A stretch of DNA of 64,000 nt from an uncultured Gammaproteobacteria bacterium (GCA_964583685.1 CAZOVJ010000002.1:277862-341861), one strand, 5' to 3'; shown: positions 1 to 9,910, counted from the stretch's first letter. The notes: generated from the letters alone by a model not told the origin. Program-made: numbers and translations.

Positions 1-309
1 AAAATATTGTTCGCCAATGACAGTAAAGGGAACACCGGAAACATCAGTCTTGAGTTTTTTACCGGTTTCTATTAAGAGTTGCCGATTTTCATTGTTTTCC
101 CAAACCTCAAAATCATGTATTTGAACATAAGGATATTTGGCCTCCAATTTTCTCAGAAACGGTTTTTCCTCCTCACAGCGAGGGCAGGCCACGCTCCAAA
201 AGAAATAGATGTTTACCTCCCCTTGGGGTTCGTTTTGAGCCAGGGCAAAAGAAGAGGGGATGGCAAAGAAAGCAAGCAGGCTTAGTAGTAATAGAAATTT
301 TTTAATCAT
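1..309 (-). CDS. Exported thioredoxin/glutaredoxin-fold protein (runs off window start)
   Basis: Hand translation from ATG at 309: MIKKFLLLLSLLAFFAIPSSFALAQNEPQGEVNIYFFWSVACPRCEEEK...VSGVPFTVIG. Signal peptide, CxxC and cis-Pro VP motif. Not in the ORF track. Confidence 0.8.
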   Translation of the reverse strand, partial: MIKKFLLLLSLLAFFAIPSSFALAQNEPQGEVNIYFFWSVACPRCEEEKPFLRKLEAKYPYVQIHDFEVWENNENRQLLIETGKKLKTDVSGVPFTVIGEQYF

Positions 310-381
310 TACGGAGTAAATTGTAGCACTATGTATTACAATATGTATGAAGTGACTAAGAAATTTTGGAGAGGTTTTTAA

Positions 382-972
382 ATGTATCCGGAAATTTTAA
401 AAATAACAAAAGAAGATATCTTGAGAATATTGATGGAGACAAAGAAGAAGTCTAGTCTCAAACAGATAGAATCAGAGGCCAAGGCTCCTCGCTCAATTTT
501 ATCTCAGGCCCTTGAAGAACTGGCCGCTGAAAATTTAGTTGAGATTAAGAAGGGTCTTATTGGTCTGACTAGGTCGGGTAAAAAGCTGGCAGGAGAGCTT
601 CTTAAAAAACACCTTTTAATTGAGAGCTATTTTAGGCAAAAAAGAGGGGAAAAAGAGGCTCATCAGGTCGCCCACCTCCTTGAACACTATATTTCGGGAG
701 AAGTTATCAGAAATATAAAAAAATTATCGACGCTTAAGGAGAAGGGTGTTTCCTTAATAGAATTCAAACAAAAAAATGGCTTAATCACTGATATTATTTT
801 GGGTATTAGATTGTTTGAAAGAATTATCAGTATGGGGATATTTCCAGGAGAAAAAATAAAAATAATAAATGAAATTCCGAATGGTGTTGTTATCGAAGTA
901 AAAAATAAAAAATTTGTTTTGGCTAAAGAGATAGCAAAAGAAATTAGAGTCTTAGAATATGAAAAATCTTAA
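382..972 (+). CDS. DtxR/MntR-family metal-dependent regulator with C-terminal FeoA (SH3) domain
   Basis: N-terminal wHTH, HLLIESYF and AHLLEHYIS metal/dimerisation motifs, MGIFPGEKIKII FeoA-like tail; overlaps feoB start. Confidence 0.85.
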   Translation: MYPEILKITKEDILRILMETKKKSSLKQIESEAKAPRSILSQALEELAAENLVEIKKGLIGLTRSGKKLAGELLKKHLLIESYFRQKRGEKEAHQVAHLLEHYISGEVIRNIKKLSTLKEKGVSLIEFKQKNGLITDIILGIRLFERIISMGIFPGEKIKIINEIPNGVVIEVKNKKFVLAKEIAKEIRVLEYEKS

Positions 973-2860
973 AATACTTTTAATTGGACAGCCGAATGTG
1001 GGCAAGTCCTCATTACTTAATGCACTAGTCGGTCCGAGAGTTACCGTATCCAATTATCCTGGTACCACTGTTGAGGTAACTAGGGCCAAAAAGAAAATTA
1101 ATATAACAGAAATTGAGTTTATAGATACTCCAGGGATATACTCGATTTCTGATAGAAGTGAAGAAGAAAAAGTTACTGAAAAGGCTTTGTTTGAAGAAGA
1201 TAAAGATGCGACAATAACAATTGCTGACACAACTTCTCTGGAAAGAAGTTTTTATATGGTCTTGCAAATATTAGAGGCTCAGGTACCTACTGTTTTAGCT
1301 TTAAATTTTGTAGAAGATGCTAAAAAGAGAGGGATAGAAATTGATTACGAAAAACTAGGGAAAATTCTTGGTGTTCCTGTTATTTCCTTAAATCCTTTAA
1401 CAAAAAAAGGGATAGACAAACTTTTAGATGCAGTTTTAAAAATTAAAAAAATACCAAAGCGGACTTTTACTATTGGATATGATGATGATATAGAAAAGGC
1501 AATAAATAAAATATCATCACAGATCAAAGAAACTTCTATACCAAAAAGATTTGTTGCCTTAAGAGTTTTGGAAGGAGATGAAGATTTTCATAAATATTTG
1601 AAGGACGAGAGAGTAATTGGAGATGTTAGAGAAAGCTTAAAAGAAGACCATCCAAAAGTTGCAGAGGATATATCCATAACCAGATATGGCACAGCCTCAT
1701 TTATAGTAGAAAAAGTTACTCAAATGACTTCTTTAAAAAAAGAAAAAATTTTGCAGGAGAAAGTAGACAACATTTTATTACATAGGATTTGGAGTCCGTT
1801 TATAACTGTCTTATTCTTTTTAGCTATCTTTGGTACTTTGTTATTTCTTGGCAATTTAATACAAAGTGTTCTCATGGGCTTGACAGAAAGCTTTTTATCT
1901 TCTTTTGGCACAGCGGAACACTCTATTATTGCTATGGTATTAGTTCAAGGTTTAACCGGACTTGCAGCAGGTGTTTCCATCGCCTTACCTTATGTTTTCT
2001 TGTTTTATTTGCTTTTAGGTTTATTAGAAGACATAGGGCTTCTTTCAAGATTTATTGTTAACGCAGAAAGATTTTTGAAAAAATTAGGTTTACCCGGGAA
2101 ATCATTTATTCCTTTAGCATTAGGCTTGGGTTGTACTGCACCAGCAATTAGAGCTACCAGAGTCTTGTCATCTAAAAAAGAGCAATTTCATACTGCCTCT
2201 TTATTTGCTTTTGTACCTTGTTCCTCAAGAATTGCCATCATTATGGGGATAGTAGGATTTTATGGAGGTATAAAGTTGGCTTTTTCTGTTTTCGCTACTT
2301 TAGTCATTGCTGGCTTGATCTGGGCTTTTGGAATAAAAAAAGTTATTCATCTGAAAAAAGAACCTTTACTTTTGGAATTGCCTCCTTATAGGAAGCCTTT
2401 GCTTAAAAATGTTCTTGCTAAAAGCTGGATTAGAATGAAAGATTTTGTCTATATAGTTATGCCCCTGTTGGCAATTGGAGGAATAGCCTATGGAATTTTG
2501 GATATATTAGGTCTTACCAATATTATAGTAGAACCTCTTTCACCAATCACTACTTGGTTAGGATTGCCTGCTGTAGCTATTATCCCCTTGGCATTTGGAT
2601 TTTTGCAAAAAGATTTAACTGGAGCAATGCTTTTGTCGGTACTTGGCAGTAATATATCTTTAGCTTTAACCCCTCTTCAGATATATACATTTGGAGTGGC
2701 TGCCACCATTGGAATTCCATGCATAATTGCTTTGGGAATGTTGAGCAAAGAATTTGGGTTTAAAAAAGCGATTATCTTGACAATCACAACCATCGGCTAT
2801 GGTTTTCTCTGGGCCGGCTTAAGCCAAAGAATAATTTCAATGGTCTGTTGCTGGTTTTGA
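959..2860 (+). CDS. feoB: Ferrous iron transport protein B
   Basis: G1 GQPNVGKS, NYPGTTVE, DTPG GTPase motifs; membrane domain with GLGCTAPA, VPCSSR and LELPPY. Confidence 0.95.
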   Translation: MKNLKILLIGQPNVGKSSLLNALVGPRVTVSNYPGTTVEVTRAKKKINITEIEFIDTPGIYSISDRSEEEKVTEKALFEEDKDATITIADTTSLERSFYMVLQILEAQVPTVLALNFVEDAKKRGIEIDYEKLGKILGVPVISLNPLTKKGIDKLLDAVLKIKKIPKRTFTIGYDDDIEKAINKISSQIKETSIPKRFVALRVLEGDEDFHKYLKDERVIGDVRESLKEDHPKVAEDISITRYGTASFIVEKVTQMTSLKKEKILQEKVDNILLHRIWSPFITVLFFLAIFGTLLFLGNLIQSVLMGLTESFLSSFGTAEHSIIAMVLVQGLTGLAAGVSIALPYVFLFYLLLGLLEDIGLLSRFIVNAERFLKKLGLPGKSFIPLALGLGCTAPAIRATRVLSSKKEQFHTASLFAFVPCSSRIAIIMGIVGFYGGIKLAFSVFATLVIAGLIWAFGIKKVIHLKKEPLLLELPPYRKPLLKNVLAKSWIRMKDFVYIVMPLLAIGGIAYGILDILGLTNIIVEPLSPITTWLGLPAVAIIPLAFGFLQKDLTGAMLLSVLGSNISLALTPLQIYTFGVAATIGIPCIIALGMLSKEFGFKKAIILTITTIGYGFLWAGLSQRIISMVCCWF

Positions 2861-2885
2861 GATTGGAGGAGATATAAAATAGATA

Positions 2886-4346
2886 ATGATGAAGAGATTG
2901 CGCTTTTTATTTTTCGGTTTCCTTGGCCTAAGTTTTGGCTTCTTGCTCTTGGCATTGTTCAAAAATGATGCTTTGGCCGAGACCAAAGAGCCAACAGCCA
3001 TTGTTTATTTTACTGGTGTTGGTTGCCCTCATTGTGCCAAAGTAGACTTGGCTTTATTGGCCGGTTGGACGAGGAAGTACCCGAATTTAATTGTTTTTGA
3101 GTACGAGATTTACCAGCAGCGGCAAAATGCTGGCTTGCTAGAAAATTACAATCAAGAATACCAATCAGGCTTGGGTATTCCTTTGGCAATTTTTGATAAA
3201 AGCAGTAGCATTAGAGGTGACAGGCCGATTTTGGATTCTTTTGAAAATGAATTGGAGAAGCAAGAAGGCAACCGCTTTCTCTTACGGGACGGCTCTCAAA
3301 TTGCCTTTGAGAATTTAAATATCAATCTCTTACCAGGTTATCCGAAGATTTGGATGAATGATAGAATTGCTGTTAAAACCAAACCCACCATTCATAGCCC
3401 GGAAGGGGTTAGTCAGTTGGTTAAGGAGTTTTTAATTTCTGAAGACCCAAGGCAGGTTTTTGAAGGCCAGCCATACCAGCTTAAAGAGCCAGAAGCAATA
3501 GCCCTCTCTGGTTCTCAACAGGAATTTGGCAATGCAGCCCAATTGGATAGCTGGCTGCTTGAATGGAATGGTTTTCCCCTTGAAAAGGGGGCGGTAGAAC
3601 AGCCCAGGGATATTGCTCAGCAAGAAAGTCCTGAGCTAGAAATGGAGAGGCAAGAGATTTCTTGGCCCAAGACAATCTCACTTGCCTTTGTTGACGCGGT
3701 TAACCCCTGCGCCCTGGCCGTGATGACAATGATGCTCTTGGCCATCATTACCTATAATCCTCAAGATAAGAAAAATATTATCCTGGTCGGCCTGGCTTTT
3801 ACGCTGGCAGTTTTTCTGATGTATTTGTTTTATGGATTGGTGATTATCAGGTTTTTCAAAATAGTTCAGCTGATTACCAATGTTCGTTTAATACTTTATA
3901 AAATTCTGGCCATAGTGGCGATAATCTTGGGTAGCTTGCAGATTAAAGATTTCCTTAGATATAAACCCGGTAGTCTGGGAACAGAGATGCCTTTGGGTCT
4001 TAGGCCCAAGGTGAAAAAGATTATATCCGGTATTACCTCTCCCTTGGGGGCTTTTGGCGTTGGCTTGTTTGTGACTGTTTTTCTTTTGCCCTGCACCATT
4101 GGGCCTTACATCATCCTTGGGGGTATGCTTTCATTTTCAGAAAGCCTGAAAACCCTTCCTTATCTCTTGCTCTACAATTTCATTTTTATTCTGCCCATGT
4201 TGCTGATAACAGCCTTGGTTTACTTGGGTATTAGTAAAATTGATGATGTTTCGGCCTGGAAAGATAAAAATGTTAAAATACTTCATCTTATCGCCGGATT
4301 AATTATCATTTGCCTGGGAGTGGCCATGCTTTTTGGTTGGGTTTAA
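2886..4346 (+). CDS. Thioredoxin-fold / CcdA-DsbD-like transmembrane fusion protein
   Basis: Signal peptide, GCPHC, then TM domain with DAVNPCA and LPCTIGPY cysteine motifs. Confidence 0.8.
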   Translation: MMKRLRFLFFGFLGLSFGFLLLALFKNDALAETKEPTAIVYFTGVGCPHCAKVDLALLAGWTRKYPNLIVFEYEIYQQRQNAGLLENYNQEYQSGLGIPLAIFDKSSSIRGDRPILDSFENELEKQEGNRFLLRDGSQIAFENLNINLLPGYPKIWMNDRIAVKTKPTIHSPEGVSQLVKEFLISEDPRQVFEGQPYQLKEPEAIALSGSQQEFGNAAQLDSWLLEWNGFPLEKGAVEQPRDIAQQESPELEMERQEISWPKTISLAFVDAVNPCALAVMTMMLLAIITYNPQDKKNIILVGLAFTLAVFLMYLFYGLVIIRFFKIVQLITNVRLILYKILAIVAIILGSLQIKDFLRYKPGSLGTEMPLGLRPKVKKIISGITSPLGAFGVGLFVTVFLLPCTIGPYIILGGMLSFSESLKTLPYLLLYNFIFILPMLLITALVYLGISKIDDVSAWKDKNVKILHLIAGLIIICLGVAMLFGWV

Positions 4347-4361
4347 TATAAGTTAAAGAAG

Positions 4362-5486
4362 ATGAATAAGATAAAACTCTTGAACTCTTTTGTTTTCTTG
4401 GCTTTTTTGTTTCTTATTTTTATTCAGCCGATTTGGGCCCAAGATAAAAAAGTAGAGTCCCTTGATGAGGAAATACTAGAGGGAAGGATTGTTGAGGTTT
4501 TAGAGGAAGGTGTTATCACCCGCGATGGTCAGGATTATCTTCAGCAAAAACTCAAAATTTTGATTACCAAGGGTTCTTTGGAAAAAGAATTTATAGTGGT
4601 TGATGTCGGCGATGTGCCCCTGGTTGGTCAACCTCGTTATAAAAAGGGAGATATGGTTTTAATCGAGGCAAGTTCTGATTTCCAAGGCAATAAAGTTTTT
4701 TATATTAGCGATTATCTTAGGAGAAAACCCCTGATTGCTCTATTTTTTATTTTTGTGATGATGACCTTCTTGGTTGGGGGCTGGCAGGGACTAAGCTCTC
4801 TTGTTGGTTTGTTTGTTTCCTTTTTGGTAATCTTTAAATTTATTCTTCCCAATATCTATGCAGGCCATAATCCGATTTTAATAGCCATTGCCGGTGCCTT
4901 AATTATTGTTTTGGCCACCTTTTATCTATCTCACGGCTTCAATAAAAAAACCACCATTGCTGTTATTGCTACTTTCATTTCTTTGTCCATCACCGGATTT
5001 TTGGCCATATTTTTTGTTGATTTCGCCAAACTTACAGGCTATGCCTCGGAAGAAGCTGCCTTTTTACAGGCAACCACGCAACAGGCCTTTAATATAAGAG
5101 GCCTGCTCCTGGCCGGAATTATTATCGGCACCCTAGGAGTTCTAGATGATGTGACTGTTTCCCAGGCAGCCATTGTCCAACAACTAAAAGAAGCAAACCC
5201 TAAAATTAGTGCCAAAAAGCTCTTCCTGAGAGCAATGCGTGTTGGCCGGGACCATATTGCTTCCATGGTCAATACCCTGATTTTGGTCTATGCCGGTGGG
5301 GCCTTGCCCCTGCTTTTGCTTTTTCTTGACAGTAGCCATTCTTTTTCTCAAGTTGTCAATTACGAAATTATTAGCGAAGAGATTATCCGGGCATTGGTTG
5401 GCAGCATAGGCTTGATTAGTGCAGTGCCGATTACCACTCTCTTGGCCAGTCAATTTAATAAAACTATAATAAAAGGTAAGGGATGA
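4362..5486 (+). CDS. YibE/F family membrane protein
   Basis: Multi-TM; GIIIGTLGVLDDVT, GRDHIASMVNTL, EEIIRALVGSIG motifs. Confidence 0.85.
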   Translation: MNKIKLLNSFVFLAFLFLIFIQPIWAQDKKVESLDEEILEGRIVEVLEEGVITRDGQDYLQQKLKILITKGSLEKEFIVVDVGDVPLVGQPRYKKGDMVLIEASSDFQGNKVFYISDYLRRKPLIALFFIFVMMTFLVGGWQGLSSLVGLFVSFLVIFKFILPNIYAGHNPILIAIAGALIIVLATFYLSHGFNKKTTIAVIATFISLSITGFLAIFFVDFAKLTGYASEEAAFLQATTQQAFNIRGLLLAGIIIGTLGVLDDVTVSQAAIVQQLKEANPKISAKKLFLRAMRVGRDHIASMVNTLILVYAGGALPLLLLFLDSSHSFSQVVNYEIISEEIIRALVGSIGLISAVPITTLLASQFNKTIIKGKG

Positions 5487-5875
5487 GATTTGTTGTTTCC
5501 ACTCAAAAACGCTATCAATTGGTAGATATCACCGAGCAAGTAGAGGCAATTATTAGCCAAAGCAAAATTAAAGATGGGGTTTGTTTGCTTTTTGTTCCCC
5601 ATTCAACCGCGGCCATTATTTTAACTGAAAATGAGTCAGGGCTTAAAAAGGACTTTTTAACGGTCATGGAAAAAATTGTTTCTGGCTTCGACTTTGAGCA
5701 TGACAAGATTGACAATAATGCTGATTCTCATATTTTGGCTGGAATTTTAGGCCAGGAAAAAATCTTAGCCATTGAGAATGGCCGGCTTGTCCGTGGAACC
5801 TGGCAGCAAGCATTTTTGCTTGAACTTGACGGACCAAGGGAAAGAAAGATTATTGTTAAACTCATCAAAGGTTAA
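5483..5875 (+). CDS. yjbQ: YjbQ/UPF0047 family protein
   Basis: PHSTAAI, NADSHI, GTWQ and ELDGPR motifs. Confidence 0.9.
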   Translation: MRFVVSTQKRYQLVDITEQVEAIISQSKIKDGVCLLFVPHSTAAIILTENESGLKKDFLTVMEKIVSGFDFEHDKIDNNADSHILAGILGQEKILAIENGRLVRGTWQQAFLLELDGPRERKIIVKLIKG

Positions 5876-5923
5876 TCAGTCTGTTTATGCTAGAATAAAA
5901 AAATACTAAGGGGGTGAGATTTG

Positions 5924-6097
5924 TTGAAAAGAAAAGACTGGGAGTTGGTTTCTCAAATTTTAATGGGAGGGGCAGTCATTGCTGTTACCCTTGCTGGCAT
6001 AGGTTATTTGGGTACGGATATCTGGTTGGCCTCTACCCAGTGGCTCTTGGTGGCTGCTGTTCTGGCTCTTTTTGGCCTCTATTTAAGATTGGGATAA
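5924..6097 (+). CDS. Small two-TM membrane protein (57 aa)
   Basis: TTG start after AAGGGGGTGA SD-like site; MKRKDWELVSQILMGGAVIAVTLAGIGYLGTDIWLASTQWLLVAAVLALFGLYLRLG. Below the ORF-track size cutoff. Confidence 0.7.
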   Translation: MKRKDWELVSQILMGGAVIAVTLAGIGYLGTDIWLASTQWLLVAAVLALFGLYLRLG

Positions 6098-6171
6098 AAG
6101 TCTGCAGTAATTTTGCGGTAAATATGCGGAGATTTGACATGGACTAGAGAATTTGTTAATCTTCGCCCAAG

Positions 6172-6666
6172 ATGAACAAAAGAGATATCTTCATCGGGTT
6201 GATAATCTTGGCCATTTTAGCAACAGTGGTTTATTGGCTTAGAAAACCAGGTCAGCCAACTCCAGAAATCCCGATGGCTCCAGCAGCTGAAGAGAAATTT
6301 GAGAGTGCCTTTAATCTTGAGATACCGGAGGATGTTGATAAGGCTATTTTAAAAGACGTGAGTGGGGGAATGGCCAGTGGTATTGCCACCAGAAGATTTG
6401 AAGATAATCAATTTTCCCATGCGGTCTTAGCGGATTTAGCTGACCCGGAAGCAGGCTCTTTTTATCAGGCCTGGTTGATTCGGGGTAAAGAAGGAGATTT
6501 GGATTTTGCTCAGCTTTCTACCGGAAAACTGAGGATAGCCAAGGGCGGCTGGCTGCTTGAATACCAATCAAAGACTAACTATTCTGACTATAATGATGTG
6601 CTTGTTAGCCTTGAAAAGATATTTGACCAGACCCCTGAGTCTCATATTCTTGAAGGCTCTTTCTGA
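6172..6666 (+). CDS. Membrane-anchored protein with RskA (anti-sigma K) C-terminal-like domain
   Basis: N-terminal TM; FYQAWL, VLVSLE...PESHILEG pattern. Confidence 0.55.
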   Translation: MNKRDIFIGLIILAILATVVYWLRKPGQPTPEIPMAPAAEEKFESAFNLEIPEDVDKAILKDVSGGMASGIATRRFEDNQFSHAVLADLADPEAGSFYQAWLIRGKEGDLDFAQLSTGKLRIAKGGWLLEYQSKTNYSDYNDVLVSLEKIFDQTPESHILEGSF

Positions 6667-6716
6667 TAATTCTCCAATTTTTTTTGACAGCAGAGATTGA
6701 ATAAGGTTATTTTATA

Positions 6717-7478
6717 TTGATGGCCCAAAAAGGGATTATTTTTCTTTTGTCTTCAATTTTGTTTCTTGGAGCCCTATTTTTATTGGCCAAACCAGCTCAA
6801 GCAGCTCTTGTTGTTTTGGACAAAGAGGGGGCAATTGTCTGGAATGTTCTTTCCATGAAGGCTGAATCCGGATTAGAGATACCTAAAAGAGAATCTTTGG
6901 AAGTGAGAGAAATCGCTCTTCAGGATTTGCAGCCCTCGGCCGAGGCACAGGTTTCTCTAACAAGGAAAGACGGCAGGGTTTTTTTGAATGTTTCAAGCCA
7001 ATCCGGGGAAAGGTTGGTAGATGTAACCGATTACCAAGATGAATTGATTAAAATTGAAGAAAGGGGAGAGATTCAGTCTATTAGTATCGCCAACATCGAG
7101 GACAAATTTGCCATAGGGCAGAAAAATGTTATTGCTCTAACAGAGTTTTCTATTAGTATAGATGCCAAGACAAGTGAGTTGTTGGCCTTAACACCTTCAG
7201 GTTCAAGATACATCGCTGTTCTTCCCTATGAAGCAGTAGCCAATGTTTTGAAAGCTAGAATTATGAGCAGATTGCTTTCTGATTCTGGAGAGATTGAATT
7301 AAAGGAAGGAAGTAAGGGTGAGCTGCACTATTTTATTCAGGGAGAGAAAGAAATTAATCTTTTTGATTTAATTTCTTTTCCAGTCGAGGTCAAGGCAGCT
7401 GTTTCTGCCTCCACTGGCCAGATACTGGAAGTTGAGCAGCCAACCTGGCTTAGGATATTGGGCTTTTTATTTGTTTAG
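6717..7478 (+). CDS. Exported hypothetical protein, PepSY-like C-terminus
   Basis: Signal peptide ending AQA; VSASTGQIL C-terminal motif. Confidence 0.6.
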   Translation: MMAQKGIIFLLSSILFLGALFLLAKPAQAALVVLDKEGAIVWNVLSMKAESGLEIPKRESLEVREIALQDLQPSAEAQVSLTRKDGRVFLNVSSQSGERLVDVTDYQDELIKIEERGEIQSISIANIEDKFAIGQKNVIALTEFSISIDAKTSELLALTPSGSRYIAVLPYEAVANVLKARIMSRLLSDSGEIELKEGSKGELHYFIQGEKEINLFDLISFPVEVKAAVSASTGQILEVEQPTWLRILGFLFV

Positions 7479-7496
7479 AAAAGGGAGGGGGAAATT

Positions 7497-7748
7497 ATGA
7501 AGATAGTTCTCTATACAACTACAACCTCTCCTTATGGCAAAATGCTTAAAGATTATTTTAAGACCCATAATTTTTCTTTTACAGAAAAGATGATTGACCA
7601 GGATGAGATGGCCCGCCAAGAGATGGCCCAAGAATCTGGTGGCTTTCTCGGTGTTCCCTTTACGGTTATTGTTAAAGATGATAATTCTAAAGAGAAAATA
7701 ATCGGCTTTAATAAAGGAAAGATGAGTAAGGTCTTGGCAATAGGATGA
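7497..7748 (+). CDS. Glutaredoxin/NrdH-like protein lacking both active-site cysteines
   Basis: YTTTTSPYGKM in place of TxxCPYC; GVPFTVI and IIGFN glutaredoxin motifs. Confidence 0.75.
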   Translation: MKIVLYTTTTSPYGKMLKDYFKTHNFSFTEKMIDQDEMARQEMAQESGGFLGVPFTVIVKDDNSKEKIIGFNKGKMSKVLAIG

Positions 7749-8395
7749 TAGTTATTAATTTTAAAACCTACCAACAGGCTTCTGGCCAGAAAGCCTTAGA
7801 CTTAGCCCGGCTCATTAATGATGTGGCCCAGGAGACAGGAGTTGAAATTGTCGCCTGTCCTCAGGCAGTGGATTTAAAGGATGTTGTTGCTGTTTCTAGG
7901 GACCAGGTTTGGTTGCAGCACTTGAATCCTGAGCCCAGGGGTCGGTCAACCGGTTGGTTTCCAGTTGAAGTTGCCAAGGAGGCGGGGGCAAGTGGAACAT
8001 TACTTAATCATTCAGAGCACAAACTTACTCTGGGTAGACTGGCCGAAACCCTGGCAAGATGTAGGCAAACTAAATTGAAAACACTTGTTTTGGCTGATTC
8101 CCTAAAGGAAGCAAAATTGATTGCCAAGCTTAAACCCGACTATATTGGCTATGAACCCCCAGAACTTATTGCCAGTAAAGCAACCTCAGTAGCCCGTTCT
8201 CAACCAGAGGTCATTGAGAAAGTAGTTCGGGCCATTCCCGAGATTCCCATCCTGGTGGGCGCAGGAGTAAAAGATTATCAAGATGTCCGGGTGAGTTTGG
8301 AACGAGGGGCAAAGGCGGTGGGTGTGGCCTCGGCAGTTGTTTTAGCAGATGATCCTAAAAAAGTGCTTTTGGATTTGGCAAAGGGTTTCAAATGA
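7745..8395 (+). CDS. tpiA: Triosephosphate isomerase (short archaeal-type)
   Basis: INFKTY, LNHSEH, YEPPELI, GAGV motifs; 216 aa. Confidence 0.95.
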   Translation: MIVINFKTYQQASGQKALDLARLINDVAQETGVEIVACPQAVDLKDVVAVSRDQVWLQHLNPEPRGRSTGWFPVEVAKEAGASGTLLNHSEHKLTLGRLAETLARCRQTKLKTLVLADSLKEAKLIAKLKPDYIGYEPPELIASKATSVARSQPEVIEKVVRAIPEIPILVGAGVKDYQDVRVSLERGAKAVGVASAVVLADDPKKVLLDLAKGFK

Positions 8396-8838
8396 AAATC
8401 TATCTTGCCTCAGATCACGCAGGTTATAAATTAAAGGAAGAACTGAAGAATTATCTCCAGGAAAAAGGCTATAAGTTTGAGGATATGGGAAATCTGAAGT
8501 ATGAACAGGAGGACGATTATCCGGATTTTGTCTTGCCTCTGGCTGAAAAGGTTACCCTAGATTCTCAGAGTTTGGGAATTATTCTGGGGAGATCGGGTAA
8601 CGGAGAAGCCATAGTGGCCAACAAAATAAAGGGAATCCGGGCAGCACTCTGTTTAAATGAAGTGATGGCTAAAAAGGCAAGAGAGGATAATTGGGCTAAT
8701 ATTTTGGCCCTGGGTGCGGATTTCCTAGATATAGAAAAAGCCAAGAAAATAGTGGATGTCTTTTTAGAAACCCCTTTTTCTGAAAAAGAAAGACACAAAA
8801 GGAGAGTTAAAAAAATATCTTCATATGAAGCTGCCTAA
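8392..8838 (+). CDS. rpiB: Ribose-5-phosphate isomerase B
   Basis: ASDHAG, DDYPD, GRSGNGE (Glu-type), ANKIKGIRAA, RHKRRV. Confidence 0.95.
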   Translation: MKIYLASDHAGYKLKEELKNYLQEKGYKFEDMGNLKYEQEDDYPDFVLPLAEKVTLDSQSLGIILGRSGNGEAIVANKIKGIRAALCLNEVMAKKAREDNWANILALGADFLDIEKAKKIVDVFLETPFSEKERHKRRVKKISSYEAA

Positions 8839-9910
8839 ACTAGAAGATTTACAAGTTGGAGATAAAAGGATTCTTTTAAGGGCAGATTTGGATATAAATA
8901 TAAATCTCAAATCTCAAATCTCAAATCTCTCCCGCAGAACGAGATCCCGCTTTGCGGGAAAAAATATAGATCTTAGATTGAAGGCCCTCATTCCTACGCT
9001 GAAATATTTGATGGCAAAGGGAGCCAGAATAGTTCTTATTGGTCACCGAGGCAGGCCTGCCCGCCTGGGCGGGCCGAAGGGGAAGATTGATAAAAGATTT
9101 TCTTTAGAGCCGCTTGCCAAAGAGCTGCAATTTATTTTGCAAAAAGAGGTTAAGCTTAGCCAAAAAATGGAGGCAGCTGGGCCTGGTGCTGGTGAAGTTC
9201 TGGTTTTTGAAAATCTTCGTTTTGATTCAGGTGAAGAAAAGAACGATGAGGCTTTTGCCAAAAAACTCTTTAGCTTAGGAGATTTTTATGTTAATGAGGC
9301 TTTTGCCGCTTCTCATCGCAAACATGCCTCGATTGTGGCCTTGCCTTTGATGTTTAAGTCCAGGTCCGAAAAGTCTCTGGCTGCCGGCCCCCATTTTATG
9401 GCTGAGGTGGAAAATTTAAGTAGGGTTTTTAGCAAACCTAAAAGGCCAGTGGTCCTGATACTGGGTGGTTTTAAGGGTGATAAACTATCTTATTCTAGAG
9501 AGTTTCAAAAAATTGCTGATAAAATTCTACTGGCAGGGCGCTTACCTGACTATCTCGAAGGAGTAGATGGAGAAAAAACAATCAAGGCCAGTTTATTACC
9601 AGATAAGGAGGATCTAACAACTCGTTCAATTGAGGAGTTTGAGAAGGAGATTGGTAAGGCAAGGACTATTGTTGTCAGCGGGCCGATGGGAAAATTTGAA
9701 GATAAGGAGCATAGGAAAGGAACAGAGAGGATTCTGGGGGCAGTAGCCAGCTCTTCAGCCTACAAAATAGCGGGGGGAGGGGATACAGAAAAGGCAATTG
9801 CCATGTTTGGCCTTGAAAATAAATTCGACTGGATTTCAGTGGGCGGCGGGGCCATGCTTGAATTTCTGGCTAAAGGAACTTTACCGGGAATAGAAGCGCT
9901 ACGAGCTTGA
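8825..9910 (+). CDS. pgk: Phosphoglycerate kinase (with two in-frame repeat-derived insertions)
   Basis: LLRADLD, GHRGRP, ENLRF, NEAFAASHRKHAS, GGGDT, SVGGGAMLEFL. Confidence 0.92.
   Translation: MKLPKLEDLQVGDKRILLRADLDININLKSQISNLSRRTRSRFAGKNIDLRLKALIPTLKYLMAKGARIVLIGHRGRPARLGGPKGKIDKRFSLEPLAKELQFILQKEVKLSQKMEAAGPGAGEVLVFENLRFDSGEEKNDEAFAKKLFSLGDFYVNEAFAASHRKHASIVALPLMFKSRSEKSLAAGPHFMAEVENLSRVFSKPKRPVVLILGGFKGDKLSYSREFQKIADKILLAGRLPDYLEGVDGEKTIKASLLPDKEDLTTRSIEEFEKEIGKARTIVVSGPMGKFEDKEHRKGTERILGAVASSSAYKIAGGGDTEKAIAMFGLENKFDWISVGGGAMLEFLAKGTLPGIEALRA
8902..8959 (+). repeat. (AAATCTC)4 heptamer array followed by TCCCGC-TTT-GCGGGA hairpin, in frame within pgk
   Basis: Read directly from sequence. 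Confidence 0.85.

Noticed and set aside
79-285. 68-aa + strand ORF
   Set aside because: Shadow of the minus-strand CxxC protein at 1-309.
5914-6147. 77-aa ORF-track call
   Set aside because: Implausible composition; the frame at 5924-6097 has better signals.
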